From positions 237,026,001 through 237,090,000 of the forward strand of contig OZ024742.1 in assembly GCA_964016885.1 (NCBI GenBank): 64,000 nt of DNA. The letters run 5' to 3'. Below are positions 28,135 to 41,007 of the stretch, in pieces (within the stretch, counting starts at the first letter, position 1; each line of letters begins with the position of its first letter). The notes below the pieces were generated by a model. The model was not told where the DNA came from, made no database searches, and worked only from the letters and a program-made list of their open reading frames with translations. The position numbers and the translations under genes were made by a program. Source of the stretch: Eledone cirrhosa (Eukaryota).

Positions 28135-28362
28135 ATTATTAGAAATGTAAGCTATCGCCGTATTTTGACTAAAGAAATTAAAGAAATTATTTAGCCTGAT
28201 AGTGGGGTTAAGAACCCTCGGAGAAAGGGAAAAAGATGAGTATTGGTATGTCAATACTCATCTTTTTCCATTTCTCCGAGGGTTCTTAACCCCACTATCA
28301 GGCTAAATAATTTCTTTAATTTCTTTAGTCAAAATACGGCGATAGCTTACATTTCTAATAAT
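28135..28362. repeat. 111-bp-arm hairpin with 6-nt loop
   Basis: 28135-28245 / 28252-28362, near-perfect. Confidence 0.95.
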
Positions 28363-28473
28363 TTCAAAACCCGCTCGCTGTTTCGAAAATATTCTTACAT
28401 ATATATATATATATATACACACACATATATATATATACATCATATATATATGTATATATATATATATTACATC

Positions 28474-28506
<33 letters not shown>

Positions 28507-28998
28507 TACATCATATATACATACACACACATATATACACACATATATACACATATATATATATATTACATTCAAAGTTGTGGATGTCATGATTGAGATA
28601 ACCTCGAACATGTCCTGTCTCCCAAAATCAGCTCATAGAAGAAATTCAAAGAATGAATCCGAGCATTTAATCATTATAAAATAGTGAATGACATATATAT
28701 ACACATAAATATCCAATGATATAAATGTATAAGTCATATCAAACTTTAACAAGAGACAATCTGTATAGAATGTAAGAATACATAGTTCGTTAGAGTCTCT
28801 TTGTTTGATATGTCTTATACATTTATATCATTGGATATTTATGTATATATATATGTCATTCACTATTATATGTGTGTGTGTGTGTGTGTGTGTATGTGTG
28901 TGTACAGAGTGAGTAACATTTTTAATATATAGACATGTAAACATGCCAGAAATAGGAATTTCCCTGTAAATAAAAAAAAACACAACATTTATATATAA

Positions 28999-29565
28999 AT
29001 AGATCACCCGTGGCCCGTTGGGTCACGTTCTCTTCAAAATATTTTTTTAAAACCATGTTCACTTTAAAATAATTTTTAAATAATTAAAATATACACAGAC
29101 ATGTATATAATGTGAAATGAAACTGGAAGGACCATATATATACAAGTGTGTAATGTATATATATATGTAGGCGTCTGTGATCTATATACACTGGTCATAA
29201 ACACACACACACACATATACACATATATATATATATACACACACACTCATATATATATATACCAACAACACCACCATTCTCCTTCTCTGTCTCCTCTCCC
29301 TCTCTCTATGCCTCTCTTTCAATCTACTCTGTCACAACCACTATCTCTTCCACTCTATCTTTCTCTCTCTGTTTATGAAGGTACCCAGAAAACCCCCATA
29401 TCTCGGGAATCCGTGGTTCGATTTACGCGAAACTTGTTTTATTCCATTTGTATTCCCATTTCAGGCTCAACTTCCTTTCAAAGTATTTCCCATTATGCGC
29501 CCTTTTGTCTGTATTACATTACAGACAAGCAAGCAAGCACTGACTGACCTTTAGTATTATATAGA
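28999..29565 (-). mobile_element. non-autonomous Helitron, same family as 40259-41007
   Basis: 5' TCTATATAATACTAAAG...GCTTGCTTGTC; shared GAAATGGGAATACAAATGGAATAAAACAAGTTTCGCG; 3' CGGGCCACGGGTGATCTA. Confidence 0.75.
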
Positions 29566-31895
29566 TTAACTAAAACCTTTGAAGAAGTTTCCCCAGTGTG
29601 GCGTAGTCGAATGACTGAAGCCAGCAACAGAGTGAAAAAACTATAATTTTTCCATGCGTGGCATAATTCTTAGTGATGAACCGTCGTCTTATCTCTGAGG
29701 TATTTATCGCTCATCTCTGTAATATTACATAAACCGAACATAACCATCGACTACATGGATTAATTGATTTTTAACATTTTAAACCTGGTGACCCCCATCC
29801 TGGTTTATCATTAGCCGATTTCTTCCTCTTTTTCTGAGAGAAAGAGATAAAGAAAGAAAGAAGGGAGGGAGCGAGGGATAGAAAGAGGAATTTACCCCAG
29901 TACTGAACTGGTATTTATTCATCGATCTCCAGATGGTGGTGGAATTCAAAGCCGGCTTTGGCGGGATTTGATCTCGGAGGACAAAGAGTAGGAATGCATA
30001 TGAATACCGCAAGATGACTAAGAAGAAAACAAAAAAGTAAATGAAGACGAAAAAAAGTAGAAAAATCTACCTTGAAATAGTGTGATTGTTTTTACCTGTG
30101 TGTGTGTATGTATGTTCTCGGTGGGATTTGAAATCAGAATGAAGAAATCATGATTCTATACAGCAAAGGATTCTATATGTCATAATCATATAATTTATAT
30201 AATCATGTAGCATTTATCATATCCATGAAGTATTTATTATAACCATTTGTCACATATTAATAGTTAAATTGTTATCAAGCTCTTTAACCTGTTAAACTTT
30301 CTCTTTGTCACGTATAAGTCGTAACTATAATCATGCAGTATATATCACATCCATATATTATAAACCATATATCTAATCCGAAATAAATCATTCAAATATA
30401 TATTTGATATATCCTATTGTCATTGTAGTTTGGAGTTACTCATGTATTCCAATATATTTTACCGATAAAAGCTATATAACATATATAACTGTATTTTCTT
30501 TATTCCTCCCAAATCTTAATTTTCTATTTCTTTCCTAACAAAGTGCTGATACCAACCGAGAAGCGAACGTTTGTCACCTATAGCTTGAAAGAAGGTTTAT
30601 TTCTGACTATCTAATATAAGCTATACAAATACATAGAACTGCTACGGTAACTGTTGCTAAAGTAACTTTTGTACACCGATACATTAACACTCACACACAT
30701 ACACGCAAACACATTGCGCGCATACAAACACTTACATATAAATGGCAGTAAGGCCTTCTCAAAGAACAATGCCGGCTTCAACAGGCGATTTCACTTACAG
30801 AAATTTGCACAAAAAAACCCCAAAAAAACCCCCCAGATATTAAACATATGTATGCTAGAACGTTGGATTGAATGCTTTGCGGTATTCCTTCCGGCTCTCT
30901 GTGCTCTAAGATCAAATCCCGCCGTCATCAACTTTTCTTTCATCCTTTTGAGCTTAATAAAGAACTACCAGTACCATAAACGCTCAATATAAAAAATTAG
31001 AGCCTTGTCATTTACAGTGTCGGACCGAATTGCTACGAGAACTACATTAAACTTTTGTTACGATATTTTTAATGAAATAATTTTAATCAATTAATTAATG
31101 ACAAATTTAACAGGTATTTGATGAATGTGTTATTTCGTTCTTACGATAGAATCCGCAACATAACTTGATAAATGGCTCTTGAGTAAATTTCAATTTAAAC
31201 TGGAATCTTAGAAAATGTGCGATTTTGTTTCATAGGACCAGAGGCTGTTTTGGGTGAGTTGGTATCAAAAAGATTAAGGGAATGCTATAGAATACTAAGT
31301 CACTTACACGTTAATTTCATGAGCAGGTTGTTCCGAACATCTGGAACACTTGCTGTCGAAAGCGACAGAGGTTCGACATTAACAACAATAGCACAGAGCA
31401 GATTCAGTGAAATTTGTAGTGCTGAATCAATTTAAATTCTCCCTGCTGTCTTTCTTTGTTAGCAAGTTTGACATTCGTCATGAATGACTTGTATCTCTAG
31501 AATCGGAAAAACTACCAATAGTTATCGCTTTCTCATGTTAATGAACTCCCACCTTTCACGCGTCCGATTTAATTTATTTCACCTTCGGCCTTCTATCGGT
31601 TAATCGATACATTAATTAAAAATAGCTGTTCGATTTATTATTTCCAGTTGTCATTTCTAAGTCTTAATGATGCAGTACTTGCATGCAAATTTGAAAACAC
31701 CCAGGTTATTAAGTTTTTATTTTAGTCAATTATACTTTTTTTTTCTGGTTTCAGTTATCAGACTGCGGCGTTGCTGCAGCACAGCCATGACTGGATTTTG
31801 TAGATCATATTGACCCTAGTACTAATATAATTTTTCAGCACCAATTCTTATTTTAGGGGCTATATGCATAAATATATATCTATATATATACATAC

Positions 31896-31952
<57 letters not shown>

Positions 31953-32024
31953 TGAATACACGTTTTCACACACACACATGCACACATAAATATATATATA
32001 TATATATATATGTATGTGTATATA

Positions 32025-32119
<95 letters not shown>

Positions 32120-32296
32120 CGAAGGAAATGTGGTAAGGAACCAGGTGGACCATAACGCACCAAAGTACTCAATACTTGAGGTAGTAGAGTGTGTAATAGG
32201 AACCAGTAAGACCCCGACAGCTGAGCTCAAGCCGTTTCGACGGCTAATTCTGGACGTCGAAACGGCTTGAGCTCAGCTGTCGGAGTCTTACTGGTT

Positions 32297-32337
<41 letters not shown>

Positions 32338-32508
32338 ATAATAATAAATGCGAAGACTAAAATCCAAAGAGGGCTCGATGAGGATAAATATATATCAAAT
32401 ATATAAGAACCCTAGAGCAGATATTTATTAAAATAACAGAATAATGTTTAAGCAAAGAATAAGGGTGAAAGCAGCGATTCTTTGCTTAAACTTTAATCTG
32501 TTATTTTA

Positions 32509-32577
<69 letters not shown>

Positions 32578-32610
32578 TGTGTGTGTGCGTGTGTATACAT
32601 ATATATATAT

Positions 32611-33181
32611 GGAGGAAGTTATAGTTCACTTGAAGCATTGTGTAATGAGGTATAAACGTTTGTATATGTATAATAAAGCCAAAACAATGCAGGAATGGAC
32701 ACACACACACGCTTACACCTCCACTTATTCTCTCACACACACACACACACATACACACGCAAAGACCAGTTCTAACACGAGATAACATCTATCCCCCACA
32801 TTTACGTATAGACATATCTGCTCACACTCACACACACACACCTACTTACACCTTCACGCATTCTCCCACACACTTAAACAGGCATGTAAAAAAAAAACCT
32901 TTTAAAGGGAGACTACTCTTTATCCACCTAACCTTAACTCTTTGACATTAGAGATAGAACAAATACTCTATACCATTTCCTGTCAGAATGACTTGGCAAG
33001 CTATTTAGAACACTGGTTTAACCGCTTTACTTCCCTCCGAAGAAGAGATATTATCTCGAAAATTAAGGATATTTAAATAAATTTAAGGTAAAGACTAATT
33101 GTCAACAATATCTTTTGCATTTGCATTCTTTATTCTATGTCCATACCTGCATTGTTTTGGCTTTATTATACATATACAAAC

Positions 33182-33186
<5 letters not shown>
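32611..33186. mobile_element. PLE pLTR remnant related to the 47.8-50.7 kb element
   Basis: 32651-32700 is inverted at 33139-33188; terminus rc ACAATGCTTCAAGTGAACTATAAC resembles 50707-50730; HHR at 33034-33068. Confidence 0.75.
33034..33068 (+). ncRNA. minimal hammerhead motif, U4C core
   Basis: CCT-CCGAAGA-A-GAGAT-ATT-ATCTC-GAAA-A-TTA-AGG. Confidence 0.65.
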
Positions 33187-33243
<57 letters not shown>

Positions 33244-33400
33244 GTGTGTATATACATATATATATATGTTTCAAAACATACTTATATATATATACACTTT
33301 AGTATAAGTTATAAGTTTGGTAGCAATATCCAAGGGTAGGAGCACTCTGTCCATAGGACGAGTTAAGAATAATTATCTAAAACAGTGACATATACATGAA

Positions 33401-33434
33401 CCTACGTTTCGTTGGGTCATCCACCCCAACTCAT
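33401..33434 (-). ncRNA. 5'-clipped hammerhead motif in PLE terminus (33300-33434)
   Basis: rc: ...ATGA-GTTGGG-GTGGATGA-CCCAAC-GAAA-C-GTA; the CTG of the core is lost at the junction. Confidence 0.55.
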
Positions 33435-33769
33435 ACATACATGATGGCTGTCCCATCGTTATCGAGTATGGCCATTGCACGATATACCATTATTAATAAT
33501 TATTAATTAATTCTATCGTGCAATGCCTGTGCGTGAAGATATTTTTTAAAGTGAGGAAAGACTCTGCACTGATATTTCCCGATGGTGACAAGACATTTCG
33601 AGAAGAAAGGATAGCAAAAAGGTTAATTTGGCGGCAATAACAAACGATAAACATCACTGTTATAATATTAACACTGTAATAATATTAACACACATTCACA
33701 CATACATACACACATATATGTCAACAGTAATATCTAGACGTATCAATGCATAAATACATACGTATGTAC

Positions 33770-34292
33770 ATACATGACGATGGCTGCCCCCTCGTTATCG
33801 AGTATGGCCATTGTACGATATACCATTATCAATAATTATTAATTAATTCTATCGTGCAATGCATGTGCCTGAAGATATTTTTTAAAGTGAGGAAAGACTG
33901 TGCACTGAGCCAATCCCACTCTCTGAGCGACAGTAGCTATAACCCGAAAAGAAGAAAAGATCAACATCATCGGTAACTACTGAGCCGCAGGTTTTATATC
34001 AGAGTTATCCTAGTTTCCTGAGTTGCCTTCTACTAGAAGAATGCCCTGACAAAGGCTAGGGGTCCCTCACTCGCAGTGGTTTAACCACGCAGTACATGTG
34101 TATATATATATTTACACACTTTTGGATGGCTGTTGACTCTCATGAGTTCTTCCGCCCTTTGTCAAGTTTTGTTTTTTGTCATGCAGGGTGTCCAAAATCC
34201 CCCTCCTTACCAAGTAAACTTGGTGGGCTTGCCGGTTTAGTCACCGACGACCCGGCCATGCGACAGGTTGTACTGGGTTACATGTTACCAGT
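33770..34292 (-). mobile_element. dispersed repeat, probably RTE-type 5' region or derived SINE; related copy at 38325-38820; partial duplicate at 33437-33571
   Basis: Shared GGATGGC(T/C)GTTGACTCT..TGAGTTC, GGTTTAGTC..CGA.GACCCG.CCATGC, GTTGTACTGGGTTAC. Confidence 0.55.
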
Positions 34293-34323
34293 ACATACAT
34301 ACATACATACATACATACATACA

Positions 34324-34351
<28 letters not shown>

Positions 34352-34354
<3 letters not shown>

Positions 34355-35101
34355 GACATCACACCTTGAGGGATATCTCTATGCAATACAGGAACAAGAA
34401 CTTCCTACCAAATATCTGCTGCACAAAAGAGGAGGGCCATCAGCTGACAATAAATGCAGGCTATGTAAAACAAAGATCGAAGATGTAAGCCACATTGTTG
34501 CCAGCTACGAAAGAATGTCATCTCGCTACTACCTCCCCATGAGACACAATATGATAGCTAGAACCATCTGGAACGCACTTCGGAAAACAAAATTAAAAAC
34601 AAACGATGAAGAATATATTGAGACAGATGGCACTAAGGAATACTGGTGGAACCTGAAAATAAAAACTGCCAACAAATTAAAGCCTGATATTGTTGTTTGG
34701 GACCACACATTGAAAACGTGTTCTGTTGTGGAGATCAGCTGCCCACTTGATGTAAACGTTGTCAGAAAAATACAGGAGAAGGAGGACATCTACGGACCAT
34801 TGATGAGGAGTTTACAAATCCAGTATCCAAGATACACCTTTAGCTTCATACCCATCATTATTAGAGCTACTGGTTATATACCAAACCGCTTGGACCAATG
34901 TATAACTGAACTTGGATTTGCGGACAAAGAGCGCAGCTTCCTAATTCATAGTCTACAAATGGCTGCGATAGCTGGCACCTTTAAAATTTGCAAAACATTC
35001 TTGCGATTCACAATTTGGGGATGACAATTTGTTTTCTTTTACAACCTTGTCACCAAGAAGGTGGCCGGTCAAAAATATACTCGAAATTAAGAGAAAGAGA
35101 T
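34352..35101 (+). mobile_element. R4/Dong-like RLE retrotransposon 3' fragment (family A, copy 1) in (TACA)n
   Basis: ORF 34353-35024: AIQEQEL, CRLC..H zinc knuckle, RH, KPDIVVWD...VEISCP RLE motif; (TACA)n on both sides. Confidence 0.92.
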
Positions 35102-35171
35102 AACACACATACATACATACATACATACATACATACATACATACATACATACATACATACATACATACATA

Positions 35172-35867
35172 CAAAGATAGCCCCGATAATAAACACATTA
35201 AAAGCTACAGCAATGTGGAAGACATCCATGTACATAATATGAAAGAGTACTGGTGGAATGTTCCAGTAAAAACACCAATAAAATGCAGGCATAACAGACC
35301 AGATATTATAATATGGGACAGGGAGAAGAAAACATGCACAGTAGTGGAAATTAGCAGCCCAGCAGATGCCAATATAATATCAAAGATTAGTGAAAAGGAG
35401 AATATTTATGCAGAACTGATGAGAAATCTGCAGATACTTCACCCTGATTACACTTTCAGATTTATTCCTGTGATTATTGGAGCACTGGGATATGTTAGTA
35501 ACTGCCTCAATACAAATCTTGAGAAGCTAGGCTTCACAGGAACAGAAAGAACACAACTAGTTAGGAAATTACAAGTTCAATCCATTAATGGAACAGTAAA
35601 AATATGTAAAACATTCCAAACATTTGTGCATCTAATAACTGCATATACACATGTACAGATACAAAGCATATACGCATGCACACTACAACTCAAAACATCC
35701 ACATCCACACATACAATAACATCCATATCTACACATGCATGCAGCCATACATACATATCTACCTAGTTGATGTTGTGTAAATTCCAATGAGAGAGTCTTG
35801 TGTCTATGTTAGAAACCGACTCTCTCTCTATTGGTAAAACTTTGTGAAATTATAAAACCAGAAGAAA
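35172..35867 (+). mobile_element. R4/Dong-like 3' fragment (family B) in (TACA)n
   Basis: ORF 35215-35766: EYWWN...HNRPDIIIWD...VEISSP...FIPVIIGALG; its 3' UTR differs from family A. Confidence 0.9.
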
Positions 35868-35912
35868 CATACATACATACATACATACATACATACACAC
35901 ATACATACATAC

Positions 35913-38170
35913 AAATTACACCAGTTGAAACAACAACTCACAGCTACAACAGAAAGACTAAAATATAAGTCAACAGCACATAAACGACAAGTGCTAAATA
36001 GATTTTTTGCCAGAGATCCTAAATCAGTTTATCGCAGCTTCGGTGGCAAAAGCTCAATCTCTGTAAATGACACCCCTTCAAAAGAACAGGTTGAGAGCTA
36101 CTGGAGATCTGTATGGGAAACGGATGACGGATTCAACAGACAAGCTAATTGGCTAAAAGAACTGGAACAGGACTACTGCCAACATGTCCAGACAAAACAA
36201 TATGACATAGATGGGTCAATACTGGAAACAGCTCTACAGAAAATGTCGAATAGGAAATCGCCAGGCCCAGACCTCATTACAGGATACTGGTTGAAGAATT
36301 TCACTTTCTATCGGCAAGATCTCATACGGCTGTTTACAGAAACCATTAAGGGCACACAAGAACTGCCCAGATGGTTATCAACTGCCTCTACTCTCCTCAT
36401 TCCCCAAAATAGCCAAACCACCCTTGCTAAAAATTACCGCCCAATTGCCTGCCAAAACATCATGTATAAATTATATACTGGGTGCCTTAACCTGTTCTTA
36501 CAGGATCACTGTGCTACCAACAACATCATAACACCTGAGCAAGCTGGTGGAAAGAGGGAGGTGTGGGGTTGCATAGATCACCTACTAACTAACAAAATGA
36601 TTCAGGAAAAAACAACAAAGAATCGCAGAAACATGACTGTCGTGTGGCTGGACTATCAAAAAGCATTTGATAGTGTACCTCATGGGTGGATTGTTAAGGC
36701 TTTACAGTTAGCTAAAGTCCCACAACCATTGGTAGCTGCTGTTGAACGCCTGACCAAGAACTGGTACACCAGTTTGATCCTTAGAGGTGAGAAGGAGCAG
36801 GTTAAGACTGATAAGATACATTACCAGAAGGGCATCTTTCAGGGTGATAGCTTGTCAGTGCTACTCTTCGTTCTCTCACTGAATCCACTATCTTACCTAC
36901 TCAGGAAACAAGGTGGACAAAGAAGTGGGACCAAAAGTATCTCCCATCTTTTCTTTGTTGATGACCTGAAGTCGTATGGGCCAAATATCAATGACATCAA
37001 GAAACAATTGGACCTCATTACACAATTTTCAACCGACATCAAAATGAAATTTGGTGAGTCCAAGTGTGCATATTTGGCAGTAAAACGTGGAAGAGCTGTG
37101 CCCTCCTCTAGAAATCTAGAGATGAACGGCCTGACAATACAACCTCTGCAGTCAGGTGACAACTACAGATATCTTGGACAGGATGAGAATGTCAGATATG
37201 ATGGACCCATAAATAAGGAGAGAACCAGAACTGAATACCTCAGAAGAGTAAAGAAAATATGGTCATCAGAACTGTCAGCATACAACAAATACATTGCCCA
37301 CAATACTTATGCTGTGCCAATTCTAACGCCAACATTTGGCCTACTGAACTGGTCATTGCAAGAACTAAGTGAGATGGATGTTAGAACTCGAAAACTTCTC
37401 AGTGTTACTGGGAACTTTAACATCAATGGTGATGTGAATAGGCTATACTTCTCACGCAAGGAAGGTGGCCGGGGTCTAAAATCAATATTAACAACATATG
37501 AGACCCGGATAGTGACACTGAAGCAACACCTTCAAAAAATTGACCAATTTACAGAAAAAGTTGTGCATGGATACTTGAGGCGTAAAACACAGACCATAGA
37601 GGGGATAAACCACTCAAAAAGCCTGGCATGGAGTTCCGACAAGTTTATGACATCACACCTTGAGGGATATCTCTATGCAATACAGGAACAAGAACTCCCT
37701 ACCAAATATCTGCTGCACAAAAGAGGAGGGCCAGCAGCTGACAATAAATGTAGGCTATGTAAAACAAAGATCGAGGATGTAAGCCACATTGTTGCCAGCT
37801 GCGAAAGAATGTCATCTCGCTACTACCTCCCCATGAGACACGATGGGATAGCTAGAACCACCTGGAACGCACTTCGGAAAACAAATCCAGTATCCAAGAT
37901 ACACCTTTAGCTTCATACCCATCATTATTGGTGCTACGGGTTATATACCAACCCGCTTGGACCAAAGTATGACTGAACTTGGATTTGCGGACAAAGAGCG
38001 CAGCTCCCTAATTCATAGTCTACAAATGGCTGCGATAGCTGGCACCTTTAAAATTTGCAAAACATTCTTGCGATTCACAATTTGGGGATGACAATTTCTT
38101 TTCTTTTACAACCTTGCCACCAGGAAGGTGGCCGGTCAAAAAAATATACTCGAAATTAAGAGAAAGAGAA
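35913..38170 (+). mobile_element. R4/Dong-like retrotransposon (family A, copy 2), 5'-truncated, RLE internally deleted
   Basis: Flanked by (TACA)n; the 3' region is nearly identical to 34352-35101 apart from a deletion. Confidence 0.93.
35925..37910 (+). CDS. non-LTR reverse transcriptase (R4/Dong type) with CCHC knuckle, truncated
   Basis: 661-aa open frame: KSPGPD, NYRPIAC, WLDYQKAFDSVPH, GIFQGDSLS, HLFFVDDLK, YRYLG, EGGRGL, CRLC..H....C. No true start codon. Confidence 0.9.
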   Translation: MKQQLTATTERLKYKSTAHKRQVLNRFFARDPKSVYRSFGGKSSISVNDTPSKEQVESYWRSVWETDDGFNRQANWLKELEQDYCQHVQTKQYDIDGSILETALQKMSNRKSPGPDLITGYWLKNFTFYRQDLIRLFTETIKGTQELPRWLSTASTLLIPQNSQTTLAKNYRPIACQNIMYKLYTGCLNLFLQDHCATNNIITPEQAGGKREVWGCIDHLLTNKMIQEKTTKNRRNMTVVWLDYQKAFDSVPHGWIVKALQLAKVPQPLVAAVERLTKNWYTSLILRGEKEQVKTDKIHYQKGIFQGDSLSVLLFVLSLNPLSYLLRKQGGQRSGTKSISHLFFVDDLKSYGPNINDIKKQLDLITQFSTDIKMKFGESKCAYLAVKRGRAVPSSRNLEMNGLTIQPLQSGDNYRYLGQDENVRYDGPINKERTRTEYLRRVKKIWSSELSAYNKYIAHNTYAVPILTPTFGLLNWSLQELSEMDVRTRKLLSVTGNFNINGDVNRLYFSRKEGGRGLKSILTTYETRIVTLKQHLQKIDQFTEKVVHGYLRRKTQTIEGINHSKSLAWSSDKFMTSHLEGYLYAIQEQELPTKYLLHKRGGPAADNKCRLCKTKIEDVSHIVASCERMSSRYYLPMRHDGIARTTWNALRKTNPVSKIHL

Positions 38171-38879
38171 AACATACATACATACATACATACATACATA
38201 CATACATACATACATACATACATACATACATACATACATACATACATACATACATACATACATACGATGCAATCCGTATGTATATAATTATATATATGAA
38301 TCCAATATATATAATTATATATATGATGGCTGCAACTCGATTTCGAGTTGCAGCCATCGCTTGATATTTAAGCATGAGCATCACGGACGTAGCTTCCTTG
38401 TCCTGCTAGGGACCCACCTATGGCCTACAATACGATACATTGCAAAAATATGTCACATATCAAGCAATACCTGTGCTTCAAGCTTTTTTAAGTGAGAAGA
38501 GGATTTGCACAGACCCAATCCCACCCTCTAAACATACATCGAATGCATTTACCCAAAAAGAAGAACTGGTCTACATCAATCGATATAAATGAAGTCACAT
38601 GTTTTATATCAGAGTGACCTTCTCATAGAGAGATGTCTTAATGAAGACTAGAAGTCTCTCGTTCCACAAAAAATACTTTATTGGATGGCCGTTGACTCTT
38701 TTGAGTTCCTCCGCCTTTTGACGATTTTTTTTTCGTCCTGCAATATTGTTGGGGTTGCTGGTTTAGTCGGCGATGACCCGACCATGCACAAGTTGTACTG
38801 GGTTACGTGTTATCTGTAAAAAGTGAAAGGTTATATATCAGTCGAAACCTACACACATTCAAAAAAGCATAACACTACC

Positions 38880-39490
38880 TAGGCCCTAATACAGTGTACT
38901 ATCACATCAAATTCTTGCGGATAACAAAACTTTAAAGTATGAGAAGTCCTTCCCATACTTAGTTAATAAAATCAATTCTAGTGCTTCATTAGAAGATAAA
39001 ACAATAAACGGGATCACCAAGGCTAACGATACCCTTGGAAAGTTGCGAACAAGGGAATGGAATGGAGGACGACTGAATTTGAAAACCGAAATCGGGTATC
39101 GCTAGCCTTGGTGATCGTCTCGGCATTAGTGCATAGGTCCGAATCATGGACACCATATAGAAAACATACCACACATACTTTTCACAAGAGGTGTCTTTGG
39201 AATATCAGTGGTTTCATGTGGAAAGACAAACTCTCAAATAAAAGGTTGTTTTATAAATATGATATACAAAGGATAGAGGCCTTCTTGGTGCAATCTCAAT
39301 TAAGATGTGCTAGCCATGTTGTTAGGATGAATGATGAAAGAATGCCGAAAATTCTAACTTATGGCCAGATTCAGGCTTGGATGCATGATATAAGAAGACC
39401 TCTTCTTAAATACAAAATTAAGCTGAAAGATAATATCAAACATATCGGAATACAAGCGTCTAGGAAAACAAGTGTGTGTGTGCAGTAAGT
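38880..39490 (+). pseudogene. RTE-clade LINE RT C-terminal remnant
   Basis: SESWT...FHKRCLWNISGFMWKDKLSN...QLRCASHVVRMNDERMPKILTYG...RP. Confidence 0.85.
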
Positions 39491-39829
39491 TGTCCCTCTA
39501 ATATTAAAACAAGTGACCTATATTTGCTTAGTAACAAGCTAAAAATATATTTTCTCGTTGTCATGACAACCATGCTTACGTCAATTGGAATCCTTGTATC
39601 ACTTTAGAGATCGAAGTCTCTGAAAATAAATAAGTTCTTTAAAATTTGTGACGTCATATCCAGAGAACATTAACCAAGTTTTTCGAAATTTCTTATTAAA
39701 TATATCGAGAATCATATTCTTTGAAGTTTGCTTGTTTTGACACTCCATCTACCTGGACTCAATGATCACGTTTTAAAAAATAACTATAAAGTTATTTTTA
39801 AAAATAAATTATTAAAAAGTAATATTAAT

Positions 39830-40135
39830 AAACTCGAAGAGAGAAAAAGACATAAGGAAAAATAAGTGATGGAAGAAATAAATATTAAATAAAAAGAGGA
39901 AGGTGGTAGGAGGGACAAGCTCTACACCTTTTGTTAGACAATCTATTTCAGCTGTGTCCCATGGACAGGATCGCAATAGAATTGCCGCCGAGAACAGTGA
40001 GTACTAACCGTTGCATCAGCCATTCCTGGTCGCGGGGCTCCTTCCCCAAGAGAGATGCAGTCGTTCCGATTTTGCGGAGAAAAATGGCAGTCCGGATTCC
40101 AAGGGTAGCAGAAGTTTCGATGGCAACCGTTCATA
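39830..40135 (-). pseudogene. CRE-like element 3' fragment
   Basis: rc translates AIETSATLGIRTAIFLRKIG...KEPRDQEWLMQRLVLTVLGGNSIAILS, homologous to 20825-21000. Confidence 0.75.
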
Positions 40136-40258
40136 TCTATTATAATTCTATTCCTATCTTGGGATGATTTATAGGAGGGAATCCAAAATATTTTAGAGCA
40201 TTGTTATCTCCATGGGATCCTTAACCATTCGTCGTCTCCGGGCATGTACAAGAATAAA

Positions 40259-40590
40259 TCTATATATTACTAAAATTCTGTGATTGCTTGCTTGCTTGCT
40301 TGTCTCTAATGTAATACAGCCCCAAAGGCGCATAATGGAAAAATACTTTGAAAGAAAGTTGCCCCTGAAATGGGAATACAAATGGAATAAAACAAGTTTC
40401 GCGAAAATCGAAGTACGGGTTCCCGAGATATGGGATTGTCTAGGTACCTTTATAAACAGAAAGAGAGATGGATAGACAGAAAGAGATAGTGGTTGTGAGA
40501 GAGTAGATTGAAAGAGAGATATAGAGAGATGGAGAGGAGTCAGAGAAGGAGAATGGAAGAGAGAGAGAGAGAACTGTTAGTGTTGTTGTG

Positions 40591-40661
<71 letters not shown>

Positions 40662-40749
40662 CTGTGTGTGTATATATATGTGTGTGTGTATGTGTGTGCG
40701 TGTATGTGTGTGTCTATGACCAGTGTATATAGATCACAGACATCCACAA

Positions 40750-40825
<76 letters not shown>

Positions 40826-41007
40826 TTGTATACAAACACACACACTTATATATATATACATACACACACGCATATATATATGGGCCTTCCAGTTTCATTT
40901 CACATTATATACATGTCTGTGTATATTTTAATTATTAAAAAATTATTTTTAAGTGAACATAATTTTTTTTTTTATATTTTGAAGTGAACGGGTCACGGGT
41001 GATCTCG
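40259..41007 (+). mobile_element. non-autonomous Helitron
   Basis: A^TCTATATATTACTAAAA...GCTTGCTTG 5' end; 3' CGGGTCACGGGTGATCTCG^T; homologous to 28999-29565. Confidence 0.75.
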
